NCBI RefSeq assembly: GCF_006345805.1
Contig: NW_021824663.1
Span: 1-48,086 of the forward strand
Length of the DNA: 48,086 nucleotides
Source of the DNA: Octopus sinensis
Taxonomy: Eukaryota
Reading direction: 5' to 3'
Shown here in pieces: positions 38,407 to 48,086 of the stretch (position 1 is the first letter of the stretch; every line of letters begins with the position of its first letter). Under the pieces are notes generated by a model. It did not search any database and was not told the origin of the DNA. It was given only the letters and a program-made list of their open reading frames with translations. The translations under genes and the position numbers were made by a program.

Positions 38407-38868
38407 ATTAAATGTTTCAAAAAAAAAATTTTGAAATGACGTGCAACGTACTTGGTAGGTTACGTTTAAACGGAAGCGCAGAAGTTTCTTTTTAATGACT
38501 AAATCAAAAGTTGGGTGTTACTAGCTCTTATTACAACTGGGGTAGCTTGATTAAGTCATCACAGAAAAAAAGATATTTCATGCCGATGAGTAAAAAAAAA
38601 AAAAAAACTCTGCAATTTGAGTAAGAAGTAAAAAATGGTACTTTCATATTTTTTCGGTTTGTTTTCTTCCTTTTTCTTCTTTTTTTTTTTCAAATAAGCG
38701 CAGTATATTTTGAAATCTACTAGCTACAAAAAAAAGATGGGCAAAAAAAACAGAGAAGGAGAAGGAGGAGGAAGAGGAGGGGAGAAAGGGGAGAGGAAAA
38801 AGAAGAAAGAGGAGAAAGCGAGATGAGGAATTTATACGTTTGTGTGCACATACATACACATACATACA

Positions 38869-38904
<36 letters not shown>

Positions 38905-38985
38905 TGTAAAAGTAAAAAAAAAAAAAATAATAAGTAAATATATACTATATATATATATATCATACTATATATATATATTATATAT

Positions 38986-39190
38986 ATAGTTGAAGTTTAC
39001 AATAACAAAAAGACGCACACCGGTGTAGGCCTAACAAGTAGGTGTATTAGTTTAACGCTCGGGAAGAATGGAAAAGTCTTTTACGTTTCGAACCTACGCT
39101 CTTCGACACAAAGGATTAAGAGGAAAAAAATGAACAAAGAATGAAAAAAAAAGACGGCGAGAGAAAAAATATGCAGAGTTCAACGTTCCA
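38986..39190 (-). mobile_element. P2-related PLE-like fragment with decayed hammerhead (~39079-39112)
   Basis: Minus: TTT-gTGtCGA-A-GAGC gtag GtTC-GAAAC-GTA-AAA, then gagcgttaaactaatac. Confidence 0.55.
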
Positions 39191-39370
39191 ACATGGGGAT
39201 GTGTATACATTCGCACTTACATATACATGGTTTGATCAATAAGTATCCGGACCGTTGCCAAAGTAGCTAAGCTAAAGCACGCAAAGGGAAGCCGCTTGGC
39301 ACAGATTGACTTACAACTCTGCTCACTTCCGCTGTTTACAGCAGTGCTTGGAAGGAAGGTGTGTAGCGTG

Positions 39371-40080
39371 TCTTTTACTCTTTTACTTGTTTCAGTCATT
39401 TGACTGTGGCCATGCTGGAGCACCGCCTTTAGTCGAGCAACTCGTCCCCGGGACTTATTCTTTGTAAGCCCAGTAGTTATTCTATCGGTCTCTTTTGCCG
39501 AACCGCTAGGTGACAGGGACGTAAACACACCAGCATCGGTTGTGACGCAATGCTAGGGGCACAAACACAGACACACAAACATACACGCACACACACACAC
39601 ACACATATATATATATACATATATAGGACGGGCTTCTTTCAGTTTGCGTCTACCAATCCCACTCACAAGGCTTTGGTCGGCCCGAGGCTATAGTAGAGAC
39701 ACTTGCCCAAGGTGCCACGCAGTGGGACTGAACCCGGAACCATGTGGTGGGAACAAGCTACTATAGCCTCGGGCAACAAAAGCCTTGTGAGTGATTTGGT
39801 AGACGGAAACTGAAAGAAGCCCGTCGTATATATGTATATATATATATGCATGGGTGTGTTTGTGTGTCTGTGTTTGTCCCCCTAGCATTGCTTGACAACC
39901 GATGCTGGTGTGTTTATATCCCCGTAACTTAGCGATTCGGCAAAAGAGACCGATAGAATAAGTACTGGGCTTACAAAAGAACAAGTCCCGGGGTCGATTT
40001 GCTCGACTAAAGGCGGTGCTCCAGCATGGCCGCAGTCAAATGACTGAAACAAGTAAAAGAGTAAAAGAGTAAAGAGTAAG
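39371..40080. mobile_element. Head-to-head fused pair of SINE A copies (minus 39371-39762, plus 39758-40080)
   Basis: Junction shares CTACT (39758-39762). Confidence 0.88.
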
Positions 40081-40527
40081 AAGAAGAAGAAGAAGATTCA
40101 CTGTTTTCTTGATGATTTTACTGCTCATCATTACAGCTACTTTTTCTCTTTAAATATTCTGCCAGTTCTCGTTCACCAGCCACCAAATTTGGTCAGACCG
40201 ATGCTAATATTTTTATGTATTTCAAAAAACCAGAAGCACCGAGAACTAGAGAACTGTTTACGCTCCTGACAAAATAAATAAATTCATAAATAAATAAATA
40301 AATATATAAATAAGTGAATAAATGAATAAAAGTAACAGAATAATGGTGTTTGGCATTATTGCTAACGCAAACAAACTTGCCCTTCGCAGAGACCGTAATT
40401 TATTGGAGGCTGTGTAAACAGCAGATCCGTGTATTAAAGCCGTTATATACGCAAACATCTATTCACTTCTGCATACAGTTAATTGATTATTTGCTTGTGT
40501 GAGTTTTGCGTATCTATCTATCTATGC

Positions 40528-40564
<37 letters not shown>

Positions 40565-40565
40565 G

Positions 40566-40649
<84 letters not shown>

Positions 40650-40834
40650 TTATCTTTCTATCTATCTATCTACTTATCTATCTTTTTATGTAGTTGGCTA
40701 TCTGTATATGCATAAATATAGATATTTTATGAGTATATACGCATGTAGATATGAGTACACACACATATTTTCTGTGTGTGTGTCAGTCGTTTTATGGAAT
40801 TGTGTATACCAGTGGAATTGTGTATACCTCAATA

Positions 40835-41170
40835 GAGGCCCATAAACCCCTTTGAGATTCATCTAAAATTTCTGGGTTTCACATCAGCAAAATAGCAAAT
40901 TAGGTCCACAATAGTATTTTATGAGTCCATGTAAAAACCTTGTTTTAGATATATTTGTTACAAAACACAATTACGTTTCTCTCTCTCTTTCCCTGACAAT
41001 TTACATAGTTCATACAGCACAAATAAATAGGTGATAAACAAAACAGTAATCTTGAAAGAAATATCTATAAATCTAGTTTCAAACAAAGAATGGCTATGGG
41101 GGAACCCCCAGAATAAAACAGTAACGGAAGGGATCTATAGGTAAAAAAACAAATGGTTGAGAAACACTAG
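40835..41170 (-). mobile_element. hAT-like MITE remnant
   Basis: aatggttgagaaacactag end; tagccattc internal motif shared with the 15602 and 46602 copies; left boundary uncertain. Confidence 0.5.
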
Positions 41171-41439
41171 GGTACATATTACTTTGTTGTTAAATATGTA
41201 ATTATGATATTTTTATGTAATACGGGCTTATATTATTCACATATTGCATGTAATTACAAAATTGTAGGGCACAAATAAAACGCGAACTGTGTAAATGCAG
41301 AACCAAATCCGCGCTTTCAGTCCCAGTAGTCCGCATTTGCCCATACTGCGGGAGAGATTTCCGAGCACGGATTGATTACAGAGGGACACACCGTGCCCCG
41401 TTTCCTCTTATGTGATACGCTTGGCCATCGTCGACATAG

Positions 41440-42640
41440 GGTACCGACATAGATCAAAGAGGATGCCTATATAGATCAAAGAGGGTGTCGACAGAGATCA
41501 AAGAGGGTGCCGACAGAGATCAAAGAGGGTGCCAACAGAGCTCAAAGAGGGTGTCGACAGAGATCAAAGAGGGTGCCGACAGATATCAAAGAGGGTGCCG
41601 ACAGATATCAAAGAGGGTGCCGACAGATATCAAAGAGGGCACCGACAGAAATCAAAGAGGGTGCCGATATAGATCAAAGAGGGTGCCGACATAGATCAAA
41701 GAGGGTGCCGACATAGATCAAAGAGGGTGCCGACAAATCAAAGAGGGTGCTGACATAGATCAAAGTGGGTGCCGACAGAGATCAAAGAGGGTGCTGACAT
41801 AGTTCAAAGAGGGTGCCGACAGAGATCAAAGAGGTTGCCGACATAGATCAAAGAGGGTGCCGACAGAGATCAAAGAGGGTGTCGATATAGATCAAAGAGG
41901 GTGTCGATATAGATCAAAGAGGGTGCCGACATAGATCAAAGAGGGTGCCGACAGAGATCAAAGAGGTTGCCGACAGAGATCAAAGAGGGTGCCGACAGAG
42001 ACCAAAGAGGGTGCCGACATAGATCAAAGAGGGTGCCGACAGATATCAAAGAGGGCACCGACAGAAATCAAAGAGGGTGCCGACAGAGATCAAAGAGGGT
42101 GCCGATATAGATCAAAGAGGGTGCCGACATAGTTCAAAGAGGGTGCCGACAGAGATCAAAGAGGTTGCCGACATAGATCAAAGAGGGTGCCGAATATAGA
42201 TCAAAGAGGGTGCCGACAGAGATCAAAGAGGTTGCCGACAGAGATCAAAGAGGGTGCCGACAGAGATCAAAGAGGGTGCCGAATATAGATCAAAGAGGGT
42301 GCCGACAGAGATCAAAGAGGGTGCCGACAGATAATCAAAGAGGGTGCCGACAGAGATCAAAGAGGGTGCCGACAGAGATCAAAGAGGGTGCCGAATATAG
42401 ATCAAAGAGGGTGCCGACAGAGATCAAAGAGGGTGCCGACAGATAATCAAAGAGGGTGCCGACAGAAATCAAAGAGGGTGCCGACAGAGATCAAAGAGGG
42501 TGTTGACAGAGATCAAAGAGGGTGCCGAAAGAGATCAAAGAGGGTGCCCACATAGATCAAAGAGTGTGCCGACAGAGATCAAAGATGGTGCCGACAGAGA
42601 TCAAAGAGCATGTCGACAGAGATCAAAGACGGTGCCGACA
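41440..42640. repeat. 22-bp minisatellite, consensus AGAGATCAAAGAGGGTGCCGAC, roughly 54 units
   Basis: Direct head-to-tail repeats without spacers. Confidence 0.97.
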
Positions 42641-43155
42641 GATATTCCAGACATTCCTGAAATTCCTGATATTCCATACATTTATGAAATTACAGACATT
42701 CCAGACATTCCTGACATTCCAGTCGTTCCAGACATTCCCGACATTCCCGACATTCTTGACATCCCTGACATAGATCAAAGAGTGTGCCGACAGAGATCAA
42801 AGATGGTGCCGACAGAGATCAAAGAGCATGTCGACAGAGATCAAAGACGGTGCCGACAGATATTCCAGACATTCCTGAAATTCCTGATATTCCATACATT
42901 TATGAAATTACAGACATTCCAGACATTCCTGACATTCCAGTCGTTCCAGACATTCCCGACATTCCCGACATTCCTGACATTCCCGACATTCCCGACATTC
43001 TTGACATCCCTGACATTCTTCACATTCCTAACATTCCAAGCATTCCTGACATTCCAGACATTCTTCACATTCTTGACATTCCAGGCATTCCTGACATTCC
43101 CGACATTCCTGACATTCCAGACATTCTTCACATTCCCAACATTCCAGGCATTCCA
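42640..43155. repeat. 9-bp GACATTCCN array; a 218-bp block spanning the 22-mer/9-mer junction is duplicated
   Basis: catagatcaaagagtgtgccg at 42551 and 42769. Confidence 0.93.
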
Positions 43156-43162
43156 ATTTTTG

Positions 43163-43258
43163 AATGGCGTCATATGAAGGCTAAAACAATGCGAAGCGCA
43201 TTATAACCAGCGATGTGTAGCAACATCTGATGGCCTGGTTGGTCTCGGTGATCACGGT
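43163..43258 (+). mobile_element. SINE C2-type 3' tail abutting the 9-mer array
   Basis: tggcgtcatatgaaggctaaaacaatgcgaagcgcatt...ggtgatcacggt. Confidence 0.85.
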
Positions 43259-43315
43259 ATATATATGTATATGTGTGAATATATTTATACATATGTGTGT
43301 GTGTATATATATATA

Positions 43316-43600
43316 TCTTTATATATAAAAGAGAGGTTGTGTGTCTGTCTCCTACGATTTAGATTCCTAACTACTCCCACATTTTGCGGTGCAGTTTAAC
43401 CAAAACCGAGTATCTTATAGTCGTGATTCATATCGAGACCTTCTGGGTATTAGCGCGCGTCTACTATGAGTCTACGATTTAAAAAAAAATTACCATAATT
43501 TTTTTTCCGTTTTTAATGCATTTTTTGCTATTTTTTGGTTATAACTCTCTAAAAATGCTTATATAGTTATTCCCTTACAAACCCGAGCAACGCCGGGCGA
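43316..43600 (+). mobile_element. Non-autonomous Helitron, second copy lacking terminal CTAG
   Basis: Colinear with 14586-14980; cccgagcaacgccggg at 43582-43597. Confidence 0.8.
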
Positions 43601-43825
43601 TTTTGATATTGTAGATTCATATACATAGTAACGAAACGCGTATCGTCGTTTTTAATGTGTATTTTTAATGTATATTATTTACCATAGAAATTTTTAGCAC
43701 GATATTAATAAGAAAGTCGTTTTAATGTGTAGGAATTTAACGTTAATTATAATATATTTAAATTTATATATCTTTAAGTATTAATTGAATTACTTTATGG
43801 AGGTTCTATTTCTTATTTCTCTCTC

Positions 43826-43860
<35 letters not shown>

Positions 43861-43868
<8 letters not shown>

Positions 43869-45062
43869 TATATATATATATATATGCATGTGCGTGTGTG
43901 TGTCTGTGTGCGTGTGTGCGTGTGTGTGTGTTCAGTAATATTACTACACTTGTGACGTTGGCAATTACTTGTCCTTCTTTAGACTTTTCTCTGTCTCCCT
44001 TCTGAGAAGAGCTATGCTCGAAACGTCAGACTCTCTCCTTTCAGCGAGCGTCAAACTAATACATTCCTTATGCACGTCCTCATGTCGTCCATTTTTATTC
44101 ATCTATTTGAATATACTACACACGCACATATTTGATATATATATATATGTGTGTGTGTGGAGGTGCAATGGCCCAGTGGTTAGGGCAGCGGACTTGCGGT
44201 CGTAGGATCGCGGTTTCGATTCCCAGACCGGGCGTTGTGAGTGTTTATTGAGCGAAAACACCTAAAAGCTCCACGAGGCAGGGGGTGGTGATCCCTGCTG
44301 TACTCTTTCACCACTCTTCTCCCACTCTTTCTTCTGTTGGCCTGCTCGCTTAGCCAGCGGGGTAGCATCATTTGAAGGCTAAAACAATGCGAACGCATTG
44401 TGACCAGCGATGTGTAACAACATCTGATGGTCTGGTCGGTCACGTGATCACGTGGTATATATATATATATTATATATATATATATATGCATGTGCGTGTG
44501 TGTGTCTGTGTGCGTGTGTGCGTGTGTGTGTTTTCAGTAATATTACTACACTTGTGACGTTGGCAATTACTTGTCCTTCTTTAGACTTTTCTCTGTCTCC
44601 CTTCTGAGAAAGAGCTATGCTCGAAACGTCAGACTCTCTCCTTTCAGCGAGCGTCAAACTAATACATTCCTTATGCACGTCCTCATGTCGTCCATTTTTA
44701 TTCATCTATTTGAATATACTACACACGCACATATTTGATATATATATATATGTGTGTGTGTGGAGGTGCAATGGCCCAGTGGTTAGGGCAGCGGACTTGC
44801 GGTCGTAGGATCGCGGTTTCGATTCCCAGACCGGGCGTTGTGAGTGTTTATTGAGCGAAAACACCTAAAAGCTCCACGAGGCAGGGGGTGGTGATCCCTG
44901 CTGTACTCTTTCACCACTCTTTCTCCCACTCTTTCTTCTGTTGGCCTGCTCGCTTAGCCAGCGGGGTAGCATCATTTGAAGGCTAAAACAATGCGAACGC
45001 ATTGTGACCAGCGATGTGTAACAACATCTGATGGTCTGGTCGGTCACGTGATCACGTGGTAT
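43861..45062. repeat. ~602-bp tandem duplication; each unit is a P2-like PLE fragment plus a SINE C2 (44157-44456, 44760-45060)
   Basis: gcatgtgcgtgtgtgtgtctg at 43886 and 44488; units nearly identical. Confidence 0.95.
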
Positions 45063-45066
45063 ATAT

Positions 45067-45117
<51 letters not shown>

Positions 45118-45589
45118 GGGTGTCTGTGAATCTGTATGTATAAGTGTATGAGGTCGCGTATCCACTATTAATTAATTATTGGCTAATATCTAAACCAATG
45201 AATGCTGTCAACCACTAAATTTCTAATGAACTAGCACTACAAACTGACAACTTGATCCAATTAAATATAAATCTCTTATAACACTTAGCATAAATTTAAG
45301 GGACCATAGAAACATCAAACTTCAATTAATCCAATACCAGACAATGGAAGGATTCCAAAGTATTAGGATTACACGTTGGGATATTATCGATACGTTCTTG
45401 ATGCATTCATTCAACATTACTAAAGGACGATGTGGAGGCATAATCGTCTGTATATATCCAGATAAATTAGTGCGGAGGTTGTTACGTCAGCAAGTACATA
45501 GCTCGTATTCTAACAAGATGGCTAGATGGTACGCAACGAGGTAAGTTGGCTTAAGAAGTAGAGGTAATGCTGAAGTGTTCAGAGATACT

Positions 45590-46094
45590 GGTTCAAATTT
45601 TGGTATTGGGCCAGGAAGCTCAAGGGAAACGGTAAGTCGAATACATTGACCCCAGCGCACAACTGGTATGTATTATCCATCACCATCACCATCACGTGAC
45701 CGACCAGTCCATCAGATGTAGTTACACATCGCTGGTCACAATGCGTTCGCATTGTTTTAGCCTTCGAATGACGCCACCCCGCTGGCTAAGCGAGCAGGCC
45801 AAGAAAGAATGGGAGAAAGAGTGGTGTAAGAGTACAGCAGGGATCACCACCCCCTGCCGGACCTCGTGGAGCTTTTTTTAGGTGTTTTCGCTCAATAAAC
45901 ACTCACAACGCCCGGTCTGGGAATCGAAACCGCGATCCTACGACCGCGAGTCCGCTGCCTTAACCACTGGGCCATTGCGCCTCCACGGTATGTATTATAT
46001 CCACCCGAAAGGATGAATGCAAAATCGACCTCCTTGGAATCAGAACGCAAAGACGCACGAAATGCCGCAAAATATGTTGCTTGGCGTGCTAACG
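45590..46094 (-). mobile_element. SINE B interrupted by a SINE C2
   Basis: B tail/core 45590-45676 and B head 45999-46094. Confidence 0.8.
45677..45986 (-). mobile_element. SINE C2, full length, 12-bp TSD
   Basis: ggtatgtattat at 45665-45676 and 45987-45998; (GTGATG)n tail. Confidence 0.92.
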
Positions 46095-46156
46095 ATTCTG
46101 CCAGCTCGCCGCCTTAAATTGTTTAGTGATACAGAAGATAAATTAGTCCAGGACTT

Positions 46157-46214
<58 letters not shown>

Positions 46215-46235
46215 ATCTATCTATCTATCTATCTA

Positions 46236-46283
<48 letters not shown>

Positions 46284-46293
46284 AATCTATCTG

Positions 46294-46382
<89 letters not shown>

Positions 46383-46601
46383 GTTTCTTTGTACCAGATG
46401 TGGTGCATCTCCGTTGTTCAACAACGAGCATTTGTTTGGTTAATCAAATAAATAACCAGCTCCTGAAAAAACTAAGTTGGTAAATATTCCACACACGCAT
46501 GTGTACCCTTAAAGTAATTCTCAGGCAAAGTAAAGGTGGCATTGTGTATACCTTCTGGATTACATTACCTACCGACAGACTTTTATAATTTTCAGTGTAT
46601 C

Positions 46602-46850
46602 ATATCGTTTCTCATCCAATTTTTTACCTATGGTCTCCTTTGATTCCTAGTTTATTAAATCGGTTTCCAATAGCCATTCGATGTATTGAAAAGATCCTTT
46701 GGTATTCATATAAATATTATTAGGGATGTATAAAGAAATAGTTAAAATATTTTCTGTATTGTAGAAATATAACCTAATAATTACACATATATTTTAACAA
46801 CAAAATCTTACATGGACACGTAAGGGTCGTGTGGACCCCGGTTGGGAGCC
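46602..46850 (+). mobile_element. hAT-like MITE remnant
   Basis: Colinear with the two halves of 15602-16252 (agccattcgatgt; attttaacaacaaaat; tggaccccggtt). Confidence 0.6.
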
Positions 46851-47043
46851 TCTCTTCTATCCAGTTTCACTCGTAAGGAATGGCTATCGGCAGTGGCATT
46901 TGCCCATGGTATGGCAAACTAGGATCGGACTAGGTAACTCGTGTTGAAGAAGTGAACTTTTCCATTCGACCAAACACACACACACACACACACAAATAAA
47001 CAAACACACACGCACACACACATTATGGCTTAGAGAGAACAGT

Positions 47044-47351
47044 TTACCCAATGTAGCCGCCTTCAGGTTCCACTACAGTCTCAAGAGGGTTCCAAGACAT
47101 GGTGCATGTATTCCTCACCGTGTTCCTCAGAAAATATTCGAGCACCTCCTAGGACTTGGCCACCATCTCGGCTTTGGAGCTGCAGGCTGAACGGTTGCTA
47201 TCTTTCTCAACAACGAGCCTCACATGGTCATCTATAGGATTACAATCGGAGGAATGAGGGAGCCAGAAATTAATCGTGGTTGTTGAAATCGTAGACATTT
47301 TCTTGAAAAAAGTGACATAAAATATCTCAAATTCAGTGCCCGAACTCCCTG
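47044..47351 (-). pseudogene. Internally deleted Tc1/mariner-superfamily element with transposase C-terminus
   Basis: FWLPHSSDCNPIDDHVRLVVEK (cf. WPxxSPDLNPxD) and, after a frameshift, TVRNTC..W..LETVVEPEGGYIG*; TA-CAGGGAGTTC TIR-like end at 47351. Confidence 0.8.
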
Positions 47352-47367
47352 TATATATATATATATC

Positions 47368-47401
<34 letters not shown>

Positions 47402-47434
47402 AACAAGAAAAAAAGCAACAAAAATGGATTAATA

Positions 47435-47524
47435 TTTCGGTACAATTGTTTCGTACGAAGACCACCTTTATTAAGGCTGCAAATATTGCAGCAAATACAA
47501 GTAACCCGTACTCATCAGCCGAAA
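47435..47524 (-). ncRNA. Canonical type I hammerhead ribozyme with a long stem-II loop, in a PLE-like fragment (~47400-47770)
   Basis: Minus: TTTCGG-CTGATGA-GTACG-[49 nt]-CGTAC-GAAAC aatt GTA-CCGAAA. Confidence 0.85.
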
Positions 47525-47765
47525 AAACATCTAAGGGGGTGAGGCTACACTCCTGAAACATCAGGGATTGTTCTATAAAATCAGATTTAGAAATTAAACG
47601 GACTTCCAAAGTTCTTTAATGTTGCACAGTCATATAACAGGTTTTAAAAAAGTATTTTAAAAAACCTCTTAGTTTCACAGAAAAGGAAAATGTAAATCCA
47701 TCCATAATGAAGTAGGTTTGAATTCTGGAGATATGAGGAGAGATTTCATACTCACAGACGATGTA

Positions 47766-47841
<76 letters not shown>

Positions 47842-48086
47842 TAGCCGGCCGCCAACACTTTTTTCTGCAAAACAGGGGTAGCTTATCCTGTTCAGGCTAT
47901 ATTATAAGCATTATCCTGCGTTTGAGAATTTAAAATCACATTTTTAACTTTCTAAGACATCTCAACACTTCTAAAGCAAACTCCGTTTGTTTGTTTACGT
48001 TCATCAAAACTTGAATTAAATATATATATATGTGCACACACACGCATACTTATTAATATATATGCATACATACATACACATATAAT

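Noticed and set aside
41440-42640. CRISPR-like array
   Set aside because: 22-bp units are contiguous with no unique spacers, there are no cas genes, and the context is eukaryotic
42500-43206. DIPDIP repeat protein
   Set aside because: Product of the 9-bp array; frames run out of the 22-mer and into a SINE tail

Overview
AT-rich, microsatellite-saturated eukaryotic non-coding DNA. The SINE repertoire and (TA/CA/TATC/TTA/GGT)n load look like an octopus (coleoid cephalopod) genome; this is an inference. No host protein-coding exon can be supported, and almost all listed ORFs are translated microsatellites. The window is a mosaic of three tRNA-head SINE families (called A, B, C here) that swap heads and tails, Helitron, hAT-MITE, Tc1/mariner and LINE remnants, a 22-bp/9-bp minisatellite block, and many Penelope-like (PLE) fragments in (TA)n tracts that carry hammerhead ribozyme motifs. 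Highlights: (1) two diverged copies (17.5 kb minus, 29.8 kb plus) of an RNA motif with the CUGANGA, GAAA and NUH hammerhead core segments and co-varying stems, but with the strands in a reversed, pseudoknotted order and the backbone open between A9 and G10.1, i.e. a candidate new hammerhead topology; (2) a 930-bp palindrome with an intact-looking hammerhead in each arm; (3) a 710-bp ORF-bearing insertion with a 15-bp target-site duplication inside a SINE tRNA head. All alignments were done by eye; boundaries are approximate unless a TSD or terminus is quoted.
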